DNA of 64,000 bases from positions 4,800,001 through 4,864,000 of the forward strand of contig OY730476.1 in the NCBI GenBank assembly GCA_963422735.1, read 5' to 3'. The DNA comes from Candidatus Latescibacterota bacterium. Its GTDB lineage: Bacteria; Latescibacterota; UBA2968; UBA8231. The notes under the pieces were generated by a model. The model saw only the letters and a program-made list of their open reading frames with translations. It did not search any database and had not been told where the DNA came from. This document shows positions 1-9,769 of the stretch, piece by piece (within the stretch, counting starts at the first letter, position 1; each line of letters opens with the position of its first letter). Made by a program: the position numbers and the translations under genes.

Positions 1-836
1 TTGTTGTCGCGGACGTGCCGCCAGGCGTCGAACCAAGGGTAGTCCGCCATCGGCCAGATGTAGCCAATCAGCAGCCCTTTGCTGGCGTTGATGGCCGTGG
101 TCCAGCCGTATTCTTCTTCAATTATGTACGAGACGACCGCTGGCGAAGCGTCGTCAGTTAGGCTGCGAATATCCACCTCGGTGCCGTCCTTTTTGAGTGC
201 GGAGGGCCAGCGCACCTCCGGGTCTTCCGGCGTCGGCATGGGCGTTTCTTGCATAAAGCCGCGCGTGCCGTTGGCATCAACGCGGGTGCTCTCGTCCAAA
301 AAAGGCGGACCAATGGTCGGGTGCTGGACGATGTTGTACACGCGGCCCAAATGGCGGGTGTTGGTAACGGCCTCGGCGACCGCAAAGACGGCCTGATCCC
401 GATCCATGCGAATCGAACGCGAGACCTTGAGCCCGGCCAAGGGCAGCTCGGCCGACAGTTGGGCTACGAGGTAGCCGTCTTCTGCGCGTGCGTCCTCATC
501 CAAGTTCCACCACACGCGCGTAGCCTCGCCGTGCCAGCCCATGCCGTGGGCCTGCTCGGCTTTGGTAGCTGGCCCCCAGCGGTCGAGGCAGAGAAAGTGC
601 CCCATGGAGCGCGGCTCTATCGGCGGTGCTTGGTCGGGGGTATCGCCGAAGGACCAAGAGTCCCATTGCAGGGGGTTGAGCGGATTGCTTTTGAGGTGGA
701 AATCGGCAATGGAGCCGCCGCCTAAATCGACGACTAACATAGCTGCTTGGCCGTCGATTACGAGGCGGGGGCGGTCTTCGGCTGTGCTATGCGAAGCCGT
801 CCAGAGGAGGGCCGTGAGGAAGAGGGTCCATCTCAT
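1..836 (-). CDS. Secreted galactose-mutarotase/aldose-epimerase-fold-like protein (partial, runs off the window start)
   Basis: Absent from the ORF track because it has no stop in the window. Manual translation from ATG 836: MRWTLFLTALLWTASHSTAEDRPRL (signal peptide)...MGHFLCLDRWGP...GWHGEAT...YNIVQHPTIGPPFLD. An AAGGAG RBS lies upstream. The HG and QHP motifs resemble aldose 1-epimerase-like folds. Confidence 0.55.
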   Translation of the reverse strand, partial: MRWTLFLTALLWTASHSTAEDRPRLVIDGQAAMLVVDLGGGSIADFHLKSNPLNPLQWDSWSFGDTPDQAPPIEPRSMGHFLCLDRWGPATKAEQAHGMGWHGEATRVWWNLDEDARAEDGYLVAQLSAELPLAGLKVSRSIRMDRDQAVFAVAEAVTNTRHLGRVYNIVQHPTIGPPFLDESTRVDANGTRGFMQETPMPTPEDPEVRWPSALKKDGTEVDIRSLTDDASPAVVSYIIEEEYGWTTAINASKGLLIGYIWPMADYPWFDAWRHVRDN

Positions 837-933
837 TTAGGTGCTCCTTTTATTGATGAGGGGATGGCAAACCGGACGTAACAACGTACTAGAAATTGAC
901 AGCAGGCAAAAGACGGCAGATGTTGTTTCTGGT

Positions 934-3000
934 ATGAGAATTTTGCTGGTTGCTACCCTTTTTATCCTCGCCCTAAGCGGTTGTCGAGAACCGGCCGGCC
1001 GCTCAGAGGCGTTTGTCCAATCGTACTACCGGGGCTTGGACTTGCTAGAGCGCTATCGGCTCAGGGCAGCCGAGCGCGCCTTTGCCCATTGCGTCCGGTT
1101 GGAACCCGCCGCTGCCGAGGGCTATTGGCAGTTAGGGCGGGTGCGGCTTGTGCAGGGGCGGATAGAAGAAGGCGTGGGGTTGCTAAAACAGGCCGCAGCG
1201 CTAGACCCTGAATTGACGGCGGCGCGGTCTTTGGTGTTGGAGACGTTTTTGGGGCGGGGCAAAGAGGCGCTGGAAGAGGGGCTGTTCGCGCAGGCAGAAA
1301 GATATTTGCAGCGGGCACTGGCCGTTGATCCTCAAGGATATGAGTCGCTTTACTGGGCGGCGATTGCCGCGCTGTGGCAGGAGGACTACACCCGCGCTGA
1401 TTCGATCTTGCAGCAGGCGGTGGCGTTGCATCCCGAGCCGCTGGAGTTGCGCTGGCACCGGAAGTGGTTGCAGGAGGCCTTGGGGCGGCCAGCGATCGGG
1501 GCGTTTGCCGATGCCGTGCCGCAGGGAACCATCAGCGGGCGGTTTAGCGAGATCGGCAGCGAGGCCGGGGTCGATAAGCTCGATGGCGGTCGCGCCAGTG
1601 CTTGGGCCGACTGCGATGAAGACGGCGATCTCGATTTGGTTGTCATTGGCCATCCAGCACTGGCGTACTTTCGCAACGATGGGACGCGCTTTGCCGAGCG
1701 GACGCAGGCGGCTGGGCTGGTGCTGCCCGAGGGCGGGATCGGGGTGCAGACGGCCGACTACGACAACGATGGGGACGCCGATTTATATGTGACGCGCGAC
1801 GGGTGGTTTGGCGGCGGCGTGAACGCGCTCTTCCAAAACGACGGCCGGGGCGTCTTCGCCGATGTGACCGAAGCGTCGGGCACCGGCGATCCGGGGTCGA
1901 GCTTTTGCGCGGCGTGGAGCGATTTCGACCGCGACGGCTATCTCGACCTGTACGTGGCCAACGGCACGGGCGCGACCGGCGACTCGACCAATGTGCTCTA
2001 TCGCAACCAAGGCGACGGCACCTTTGCCGATGGGGCGGCAACCGCCGGGGTGGCGCACAAGGGGCAGACGTTGAGTGTGGCGTGGGGCGACTTTGACGGC
2101 GACGGCTGGCCCGATTTATACGCGTGCAATTTCACCGAGCCGAATGTGCTCTATCGCAACGAGGGCGATAGTGCGTTCGCCGATCAGACGGCTGCGGCCG
2201 GCGTAGGTGCTGAGCACATCGACGGCTTTATAACATTTTTCCTAGACTACGACAACGACGGTGCGCTGGACATCTTCGTGGGCAACTGGAGCCAGTACTC
2301 GGTGGTGCTGGCCGATCGGGTCGCCGGAAAATCGACGAGCAAGCGCGACCGGCCGGTGCTCTATCGCAATCGGGGCGACGGCACCTTCGCCGATGTGACC
2401 CAAGCCGCCGGGCTGGGGCGAGCGCTGGGCACGATGAGCGGCGTTCCTGGCGATGTGGATAACGATGGCTGGGTGGACATCTACCTCGGCAACGGCGGGC
2501 CGCAGATGGGCCGGCGCGAGCCGGATGTGCTCTATCGCAATCGGGGCGACGGCACCTTTGTCGATGCGACCCAAGCCGCCGGGCTGGGGCACTTGGGCAA
2601 GTCGCACGGCGTGACCTTTGCCGATTACGACCGCGACGGCGACCTCGACCTCTACGCGCCAGTGGGCGGCTCTCAACCCGGCGACCAGTGGCCCAACGCG
2701 TTCTATCGCAGCGAGGGCTTTGGCAATCACTACCTAGTACTGGAGTTGGAAGGAGTCGAGAGCAATCGCGACGGAATCGGTGCCAAAGTGCGGGTGCAGG
2801 CCGGCGACTTGGTGCAGTACCAGGAGGTGGCGTCTGGGTACAGCTTCGGCAACAGCAGCAGCTTGGAACTGGAGTTTGGGTTGGGGGGGCGCCAGCGGGT
2901 TGATCGCATCGACATCACTTGGCCGAGCGGGCAGGTCGATGTGTATCGGGATATTGAGGCCGACCAGCACTTGTTGCTCAGGGAGGGCGAGACGCAGTGA
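934..3000 (+). CDS. TPR + FG-GAP/VCBS repeat, CRTAC1 (ASPIC/UnbV) family lipoprotein
   Basis: Likely start ATG 934 (MRILLVATLFILALSGC lipobox). N-terminal TPRs, repeated DxDxDGxxDLY and LYRNxGDGTF motifs, and a C-terminal SNRDGIGAKV...EFGLG...WPSG ASPIC/UnbV domain. Confidence 0.9.
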   Translation: MRILLVATLFILALSGCREPAGRSEAFVQSYYRGLDLLERYRLRAAERAFAHCVRLEPAAAEGYWQLGRVRLVQGRIEEGVGLLKQAAALDPELTAARSLVLETFLGRGKEALEEGLFAQAERYLQRALAVDPQGYESLYWAAIAALWQEDYTRADSILQQAVALHPEPLELRWHRKWLQEALGRPAIGAFADAVPQGTISGRFSEIGSEAGVDKLDGGRASAWADCDEDGDLDLVVIGHPALAYFRNDGTRFAERTQAAGLVLPEGGIGVQTADYDNDGDADLYVTRDGWFGGGVNALFQNDGRGVFADVTEASGTGDPGSSFCAAWSDFDRDGYLDLYVANGTGATGDSTNVLYRNQGDGTFADGAATAGVAHKGQTLSVAWGDFDGDGWPDLYACNFTEPNVLYRNEGDSAFADQTAAAGVGAEHIDGFITFFLDYDNDGALDIFVGNWSQYSVVLADRVAGKSTSKRDRPVLYRNRGDGTFADVTQAAGLGRALGTMSGVPGDVDNDGWVDIYLGNGGPQMGRREPDVLYRNRGDGTFVDATQAAGLGHLGKSHGVTFADYDRDGDLDLYAPVGGSQPGDQWPNAFYRSEGFGNHYLVLELEGVESNRDGIGAKVRVQAGDLVQYQEVASGYSFGNSSSLELEFGLGGRQRVDRIDITWPSGQVDVYRDIEADQHLLLREGETQ

Positions 3001-4385
3001 AGGGGCTGACCGCAATCGCGCTCCTGTTGGCCGGGTGTGCGGCCGAACCGGACGCGCCGACCGCGCATCGGCAAGCGCAGGCCCTGGTCAATGGCCGGCC
3101 GCTGCGGAGCTTGAGCCGGGCCGAGTTGGCACGGGCCGAACGCCTAGCAGCGCAGGCGCGGGCACTCGATCCTCAGCTACACGAGGCGACCTTTGTCTTA
3201 GCCGCCCTCTACGTGGTGCGCGGTGCGTACGAAGACGCGACCGCGCTCTACCGCAGCCTAGTGGAGGCGCGCCCCGACGACGGGCGGGCCTATGCCGAAC
3301 TAGGGCTTAGCCTAGCTGCCCAAGGACGCTATAGCGGCGCGCGGCGCGCCTATCAGGATGCCGTGCGCCGGGGCGAGAAGTCGGCGCTGATTTACGCGCG
3401 GCTGGGCCACGCCTATCAGGCACTCGGCCACTTGCAAGAAAATCTCCACGCGGCGCAGGCGGCCTATCGCGCCTCCCTACAGCGTGCGCCCGAGCAGGCC
3501 GAGGTGCGCTACCAGCTAGCGCGAGTAGAGGCGCGATTGGGGCGGGATGAGGAGGCGCGTGCGCTGATGCAGCAGGCACTCGCTGGTGCGCCCAAAGACA
3601 CTGAGATCCGGGCCGACCTCGCCGCGCTCTACAGAGAGGCGGGGCAAAGGGAAATGGCCCGCGCCGTGCTCGTCGAGGGTTTGGCCGCACGCGGTGGGGG
3701 CGGCGAGAAAGCCATTTTGCACTATGAACTGGGGCGGCTGCTCTGGGAGGAAGGGGATGGTGAGGAGGCAGGGGCGCAGTTTGAACGGGCGCGGGCCGCC
3801 GATCCCGATCTGCATTCAGCCTATCATTATCTCGGCTTGATCCACAGCGCAGAGGGGCGGCTGGACTCGGCACTCGCTGCGTTTGTCGAGTTGGCTAACC
3901 GCCAACCCGGCGATGCTGCTGCCCAAGTAAGTATCGGCATTGTCCACAGCCGCATGGGCGCGCTCGCCGAGGCGGAAGAGGCGTTCAAAGAGGCGGTCGC
4001 GTTGGGCGGCGCGGAAGGGGACGCGGCCTTGAAATTGGGCGGTCTGTACGTGCATCAGCGGCGGCTGCGCGCGGCCGTGCAGGTGTTCAAAGAAGCCACG
4101 GCCGCGCATCCTCACCACGCCGAGCTTTTCGCGTCCCTAGGCGACACCTATCGGCAGTTGGGCTTGCTCGGCGCGGCCGTGCAGGCCGGCGAGCAAGCCG
4201 TCCGGCTCGAACCTGAGCGGGCACTGTGGCACTTCCACCTCGCCTCGACATACGAAAAATTAGATCCCGACCAAGCGCGGGCCGAGTGGCGTGCGTACGC
4301 ATCTTTGGCAGCGGATGATGTGCGCGAGGCGCAGCGGCTGGCCCACATGCGCGCTCGTCTGCAAACCTTGCAACAGGAGGAATGA
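2997..4385 (+). CDS. Tetratricopeptide repeat lipoprotein
   Basis: LLAGC lipobox, many TPR-like helical repeats, GTGA overlap with the upstream gene. Confidence 0.85.
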   Translation: MKGLTAIALLLAGCAAEPDAPTAHRQAQALVNGRPLRSLSRAELARAERLAAQARALDPQLHEATFVLAALYVVRGAYEDATALYRSLVEARPDDGRAYAELGLSLAAQGRYSGARRAYQDAVRRGEKSALIYARLGHAYQALGHLQENLHAAQAAYRASLQRAPEQAEVRYQLARVEARLGRDEEARALMQQALAGAPKDTEIRADLAALYREAGQREMARAVLVEGLAARGGGGEKAILHYELGRLLWEEGDGEEAGAQFERARAADPDLHSAYHYLGLIHSAEGRLDSALAAFVELANRQPGDAAAQVSIGIVHSRMGALAEAEEAFKEAVALGGAEGDAALKLGGLYVHQRRLRAAVQVFKEATAAHPHHAELFASLGDTYRQLGLLGAAVQAGEQAVRLEPERALWHFHLASTYEKLDPDQARAEWRAYASLAADDVREAQRLAHMRARLQTLQQEE

Positions 4386-5251
4386 TGATTGACCTAGTCG
4401 CTTTTGACCTCGACGGCACGGTGCTCGACTCAGAAGGGCGGCTGGCGGCTTCGGCTGTGGCGGCTATCGAGGAACTCGTTGCGCACGGTATCCCCACAGC
4501 TAGCGTCAGCGGGCGTAGCATTCGCCGCGGCCTATACCCTTTTGCGGCCTACCCAGCACTGGCGCGGGCACTCTACATAGGTGGCTACAATGGCTCGGTG
4601 GTTCTCGGGCGCGGCGCGGGCGCAGAGCGAGAGGTGCTGCGCGAGGAGCGGTTGGACGAGGCGTCTTTTGCCCAGATAGTCGAATACGGGCGCGTGGAGC
4701 GGCTAAACCTGATCTACTGTCTGTTTGAACGCACGGCCGCCGGGATCGCCGAGGAGTACAGGTACGTCCGGCACATGGATTACCTCGAATCGTTCGGAGA
4801 ACCGGGCATGGTGCTCGACGTCGATCTGTATGCACGTTGCCAGAGCGGTGAGCTGGCAACCCCACCCAAGATCATGCTGGAAGTAGAACCGGAGCGGAGA
4901 GCACATCACATCGCCGATATCGAGGCGCTGTGCGGAGATCAGGTCTATGCGGCTTGGGCGCATCCTGGTATGGTGGAATTTATGCGCCGGGGGGTGAATA
5001 AGGGCATGGCCCTGCGGACGCTAGCTGAGCGGGTAGGCGGGTGCGCGGAGCGCATCTTGGCGATAGGGGATGCGAACAACGACTTGCCCATGTTGCGAGC
5101 GGCGGGAATCGGGGTATTGCTGGGGAATGCAAAGGCCGAGGTACAGGCGGCCGTGGCCGAGGATGGGGTGCGGATTGGACCGAGTTTTGCCGAGGATGGA
5201 TTTGCCAAGATGGTGTGGGAATACGCGCTGGATGGACAGGAGCAGAAATGA
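4382..5251 (+). CDS. Cof-type HAD-IIB family hydrolase
   Basis: DLDGT motif I, SGR, NKG and GDANND motif IV. Confidence 0.9.
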   Translation: MMIDLVAFDLDGTVLDSEGRLAASAVAAIEELVAHGIPTASVSGRSIRRGLYPFAAYPALARALYIGGYNGSVVLGRGAGAEREVLREERLDEASFAQIVEYGRVERLNLIYCLFERTAAGIAEEYRYVRHMDYLESFGEPGMVLDVDLYARCQSGELATPPKIMLEVEPERRAHHIADIEALCGDQVYAAWAHPGMVEFMRRGVNKGMALRTLAERVGGCAERILAIGDANNDLPMLRAAGIGVLLGNAKAEVQAAVAEDGVRIGPSFAEDGFAKMVWEYALDGQEQK

Positions 5252-5955
5252 TGCAGGTGTTTTGCGGGATCGCGCTATATGTTGCCGTTGCGGCCTCGGC
5301 TTGGGCCGAGGAGGAGCAAGCTGAGGCCGACTCCCTCAAGGGCGGGGAGATGATAAAAATCGCGGCAGAAAATAACGAGTTTTACATAGATAAGTACGAG
5401 GTGACCAACGAGGAGTACGCAGCGTTTTTGACCGAGAAAGGAAACGCCAAGGTGGAGGGCATGTACTGGGTGGAGATGGGGAGTCGATATACGGCACTGG
5501 TGGAAGAGGAAGGTGTGTACAAGGTCAAAGAAGGGTTTGCGCGTCATCCGGTCATCGAGGTGTCGTGGTACGGGGCGATGGCCTATTGCCAATGGGCGGG
5601 CAAGCGCCTGCCGGTGCAAGAGGAATGGCACTTTGCCTGCGCGGGAGCCGCAGAGCTAAAGTATCCGTGGGGGGAGGATTTTGGGAAGGGACGCGCCAAT
5701 ATCTTCGGGGACAAGGACGGCTACGGGCGAACCGCGCCGGTGGGGTCCTTCCCAAGTGGGGCCAGCCCCTTTGGACTCTTGGATATGGGCGGCAATGTGT
5801 GGGAGTGGACGCAGGGGGGCGAGAAAATGCAGTTTTTGCGCGGGGGATCGTGGATCAACGGCCCTACCTTGACCCAGTGCAACAAGCGGACGAACACCAA
5901 GGATTCGCATTCGTACATCAAGGGCAATACCATAGGCTTCCGCTGCGCCCGCTAA
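5248..5955 (+). CDS. SUMF1/EgtB/PvdO (FGE-sulfatase domain) family secreted protein
   Basis: Start ATG 5248 (ATGA overlap) and signal peptide. Motifs FYIDKYEVTN, PVIEVSWYGAMAYC, DMGGNVWEW, RGGSW, GFRC. It lacks the CxxxxC catalytic pair of true FGE. Confidence 0.88.
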   Translation: MMQVFCGIALYVAVAASAWAEEEQAEADSLKGGEMIKIAAENNEFYIDKYEVTNEEYAAFLTEKGNAKVEGMYWVEMGSRYTALVEEEGVYKVKEGFARHPVIEVSWYGAMAYCQWAGKRLPVQEEWHFACAGAAELKYPWGEDFGKGRANIFGDKDGYGRTAPVGSFPSGASPFGLLDMGGNVWEWTQGGEKMQFLRGGSWINGPTLTQCNKRTNTKDSHSYIKGNTIGFRCAR

Positions 5956-6011
5956 GAAGGTCGGTGGCCGGTGGCCAGTCCCTATGGAAGGGGGGACTAA
6001 CCACTCACTCT

Positions 6012-7658
6012 ATGGTTTTCATCGTTTTGTTCTTCGCCGTCGCCCGCGTCCAGGCCGATCCCTTCTTTGTGGATGCGACGCGGGAAGCCGGCTTGGACCA
6101 TCCCACCATCAGCGGCGGCCCGCACAAGCGCTTCATCCTCGAATCCACCGGCAGCGGCGCGGCGTTTTTCGACTACGACGGCGACGGCGACCTCGATCTC
6201 TATGTGGTGGACGGCGCGACCTATGCTGGTGCCGGGCTGGGCAATGTGCTCTACCGAAACGATGGCGGAGCCTTTGTGGCGGTTGCAGCCGGCGTCGAAG
6301 ATCGCGGTTGGGGCAGCGGCGTGGCTGTGGGGGATTACGACGGCGACGGGCAACGCGATCTGTATGTAACCAACTACGGAGCCAACGCGCTCTATCGCAA
6401 TCGCGGCGATGGTGCCTTTGCCGCGGGCACAGCGTCGGCTGGGGTTGCCGGCGATGGCTTCAGCACGAGCGCGGCGTTTTTCGATTACGATCGGGACGGC
6501 GACCTCGACCTCTACGTGGCCAACTACGTAGTCTTCGACATCGAGCCGGTGCTGCAAGACCCGGGATTGGAAGATCCCTGCGTCTATTTGGGCGGCCTGC
6601 GGGTCTTTTGCGGTCCTCAGGGCATGGAAGGCGGGCGGGATCGGCTCTACCGCAACGACGGCGGGACCTTTGCCGACGTCACGGCCGCGTCCGGCGTGGC
6701 CACGGCCAATTCCTATTACGGCTTGGGCGTGGTGCCCGCAGACTTTGACCGCGATGGCGACCAGGACCTGTTCGTGGCCAACGACGAGACCCCCAATGTG
6801 CTGTTCCGCAACGATGGCGGTCGTTTGGGCGACATAGGCTTGGAGGCCGGCGTAGCGTATAACGGCGATGGCGAACCCGAAGCGAGCATGGGGGTGGATG
6901 CGGGCGATTGCGACGGCGATGGCGACTTGGACCTCTATGTGACCAACTTCTACGGCGAGACCAATACGCTCTATTTGAACTCGGGCGGTGGAATTTTTAT
7001 GGACGCCACGAGCGACCGCGGCTTGGCCTCTCCGACCGTGGGCTATCTCGGCTGGGGTACGCGCTTTTTCGACTTTGACTTCGACGGCGACTTGGACCTG
7101 TTCGTGGCCAACGGCCACATCTATCCCCAAGTCGATCACGCCAGCGCCGGGGGCACGTACGCCCAGCGCAACCAGCTTTTCGCCAACGAGGGGACGGGCG
7201 TCTTCTCTGAGGTGGAAAGGGCCGGCCCCGGGTTGCAGGTGCAAAAGTCGAGCCGCGCGACCATCAGCGGCGACTACGACCAAGACGGCGATGTCGATCT
7301 GTTCACAACCAATATCGACGACAGCCCGACGCTCTTGCGCAATGAGACACGCGCCGGCCACTATCTCGTGGTGCAAGTCGAACCGGAGGTCGTCGGAACT
7401 TGGGTGCGGCTGGTGGTGGGTGGGCGGACGCAGGTGCGGTCGGTCGGCGGGGCAGCGAGCTATTTGGGCCATAGCGACGCGCGCCTGCACTTTGGCTTAG
7501 GCCGCGCCGAGCGCGTCGAGCGCGTGGAGGTGCTGTGGCCCGATGGCGCGGTGGTGCAGTTGGAGGATTTGCCAGCGAATAAACTACTGAGCGTGTACAA
7601 GGAAGGGAGGATTGTGGTGAGGGCGTTGGATCGTGTCCCGGTACAGAAGCGGCCGTGA
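6012..7658 (+). CDS. CRTAC1 (ASPIC/UnbV, FG-GAP repeat) family protein
   Basis: Likely start ATG 6012 with signal peptide. Motifs ESTGSGAAFFDYDGDGDLDLY, ASMGVD, GWGTRFFDFD, SYLGHSDARLHFGLG. Confidence 0.9.
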   Translation: MVFIVLFFAVARVQADPFFVDATREAGLDHPTISGGPHKRFILESTGSGAAFFDYDGDGDLDLYVVDGATYAGAGLGNVLYRNDGGAFVAVAAGVEDRGWGSGVAVGDYDGDGQRDLYVTNYGANALYRNRGDGAFAAGTASAGVAGDGFSTSAAFFDYDRDGDLDLYVANYVVFDIEPVLQDPGLEDPCVYLGGLRVFCGPQGMEGGRDRLYRNDGGTFADVTAASGVATANSYYGLGVVPADFDRDGDQDLFVANDETPNVLFRNDGGRLGDIGLEAGVAYNGDGEPEASMGVDAGDCDGDGDLDLYVTNFYGETNTLYLNSGGGIFMDATSDRGLASPTVGYLGWGTRFFDFDFDGDLDLFVANGHIYPQVDHASAGGTYAQRNQLFANEGTGVFSEVERAGPGLQVQKSSRATISGDYDQDGDVDLFTTNIDDSPTLLRNETRAGHYLVVQVEPEVVGTWVRLVVGGRTQVRSVGGAASYLGHSDARLHFGLGRAERVERVEVLWPDGAVVQLEDLPANKLLSVYKEGRIVVRALDRVPVQKRP

Positions 7659-7811
7659 CGAGTCGCTCTGCCCTGACAAGACTATAGGTCCTTGACATCC
7701 CAACAAAAGCAACTTGTGCTATCTATACCCCTCGACATTTTCCGCCTAAACACTTTTTCAATGACATCACCCCCTTGCAATGGTGAATGAATTGGGTAGA
7801 AATGTGGGAAC

Positions 7812-8060
7812 ATGCGAAACCTAACTGAGGCTTCTTCGCCAACAGCCTCCGATTCCGCTGCAATCGGAAAACTCGCCAATGTGGTTGGGATTTTCCAAAG
7901 CGAGTCGCTCACAGCGGGATTGAGGGCTCCACCCCTATCCGGCGAAGTTCGTCGCCGAACTGCCGCGCACTTTGTTGAATACCCTCCCGATCCCCGCAGA
8001 AACAGCCGTCCTCGATCCTTTCTGCGGTGCGGGACCACTCTATGTGGAAAGCCAGAGGCA
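7812..8060 (+). pseudogene. Frameshifted N-terminal fragment of an amino (N4-C/N6-A) DNA methyltransferase
   Basis: Joining frames gives KLANV-WDFPKRVAHSGIEG-HPYPAKFVAELPRTLLNTLPIPAETAVLDPFCG. This has the same WDF...H.YPA...LDP.CG layout as the intact MTase at 15193. Two frameshifts, then truncation. Confidence 0.75.
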
Positions 8061-8077
8061 CGGTCTCGCCATCCCAG

Positions 8078-8613
8078 ATCGTCCTCGACGAAACCCATGA
8101 GGTCACGCTGATTCTGCGCTTGGGACATGCCGACACCGTGCGAGTCAATGAGAGGCCCGGAACCACTCAGGCACAGGGAACTCAGTATTTCTAGCTCAGC
8201 CGGGATTGCTATGACTTCTTTCCCCCTCTCACCACCCCGAATCGGCGCGGACCTAAGAAAACGTACTCCTGCCTAATCGAGATGGATTTCGTCGATCTAA
8301 AGTCCGCGTGGCGTTTGAAGCCGAGAACAACCTCGACTTTCGCCTAGGCACCGGGCCGCTGCGCCACTCTGGTCTAGCGCGCGTAGGGATCTCCCGCGTA
8401 GGAGAAGTCCGTTACGAGCTGCGCCTCTACAGACAGGAGACCGCTGCTCATTGCGTCCTTGCTCCTTATGCGATCAATTTCATAGGAAATCGAGGCAAGC
8501 AGTACGGATTCATATCCAATCAGGAATTCCAGATGATAATCGAAGCATACGGCGGTCGTTCACCCCTGCTCTGCCTGACGGGATCCGCGAGCGCAGATGC
8601 AGAGGGGCAATAA
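8078..8613 (+). pseudogene. Disrupted C-terminal DNA-binding domain of a BfiI/BmrI-type (PLD family) type IIS restriction endonuclease
   Basis: VLDETHEVTLILRLGHADT...GTQYF*LSRDCYDFFPPLT...RRG...TYS, then a frameshift near 8300, then FEAENNLDFRLGTG...YELR...PYAINFIGNRGKQYGFISNQEF. This closely parallels the R.BfiI C-terminus as I recall it. In-frame TAG at 8192-8194; the catalytic domain is absent. Confidence 0.8.
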
Positions 8614-8756
8614 AGGCAGCTATTGGGTCTCCCGTTACAAAACGGTGCGCTAGGGCCTGTTTTGGTGACGACCGCCTAACCTTCCGCAGCGATTGACGCG
8701 ACGATTTTTATTTCTCAGTTTAGATACTTTCTCAAAATTCACCTCTACATATACTC

Positions 8757-9767
8757 ATGTCTTGGAATTTTGTCGTCAAAAGGGTCGCCCTTTTCCTGAT
8801 CGTAGTGTGGGCAGCGGCGAGCGTGAACTTCTTTGTGCCACGGCTGGGTACGGGCCGCGATCCCATCCGCGAGAAGCTCGGCCAGCTAGCGGCCAGCGGG
8901 GGTTTGCGCCAAGACGGCATTGAGGCCATGGTAAAGGCCTATCAGGCCAAGTTCGGCCTCGACAAGCCGCTTCACGTCCAATATCTCAACTTTCTTAGCG
9001 ACACCTTTACGCTCGACTTGGGCTATTCGCTGGCCAACTATCCGGCCCGCGTCGGGCAGATCATCGGCAATGCCATCCCTTGGACCATTGGGCTGATGAT
9101 CATTTCGGTATTGATAGGGTTTGCCTTGGGTACGCTCATGGGGGCACTGGCGGCTTGGCCGACGGCACCGCGCTTTATGCGCAACTTGGCGGTGCCGATG
9201 ATGACCCTGTCGGCGATTCCTCCCTATCTATTAGGGTTGATCGTGCTCTACATATTGGGCCTCAAGCTGAACCTCTTTCCGCTTTCGGGTGGGTACTCGC
9301 CCGGTATGTTGGCGATCTTCAACCTCTCCTTTGTCCTAGACGTGTTGCACCATTCGATTTTGCCGGCACTGGCCATCGTCTTGCAGCAGATCGGCTTCTG
9401 GGCGCTGGGGATGCGGGGGATGATGGTCACGACCTCGGGCGAGGATTACATCACGCTCGCCGAGGCCAATGGCCTGCGCAACCGCACGATTTTCTTCCGC
9501 TTCGGTCTGCGCAATGCCCTGCTGCCGCAACTCACTGCGCTGGGGCTGTCGCTGGCCAATGTGGTCGCCGGCCAGGTCATCGTCGAGGTGATTTTCGCCT
9601 ATCCGGGGATCGGCACGGTGCTCTTTCAGGCCATCCAGGCCTCGGATTATACGGTGATCAACGGCGTGGTGCTGATTCTCATCATGTCCATCGGCTTGGT
9701 GACTTTGCTGATGGACTTCTTCTATCCGCTGCTCGACCCGCGGATTTCCCACAGCCGCCACCACTAG
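8757..9767 (+). CDS. ABC transporter permease (OppB/DppB type)
   Basis: FGLDKPLHVQYLNF, EDYITLAEANGL (EAA loop), VEVIFAYPGIG, LDPRI. Confidence 0.92.
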   Translation: MSWNFVVKRVALFLIVVWAAASVNFFVPRLGTGRDPIREKLGQLAASGGLRQDGIEAMVKAYQAKFGLDKPLHVQYLNFLSDTFTLDLGYSLANYPARVGQIIGNAIPWTIGLMIISVLIGFALGTLMGALAAWPTAPRFMRNLAVPMMTLSAIPPYLLGLIVLYILGLKLNLFPLSGGYSPGMLAIFNLSFVLDVLHHSILPALAIVLQQIGFWALGMRGMMVTTSGEDYITLAEANGLRNRTIFFRFGLRNALLPQLTALGLSLANVVAGQVIVEVIFAYPGIGTVLFQAIQASDYTVINGVVLILIMSIGLVTLLMDFFYPLLDPRISHSRHH

Positions 9768-9769
9768 CT

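Noticed and set aside
5997-7490. Long antisense ORFs (e.g. 5997-7490, 12547-13677, 22149-23162, 51146-52069)
   Set aside because: Shadow frames opposite well-supported genes, as expected in GC-rich DNA; no recognisable motifs.
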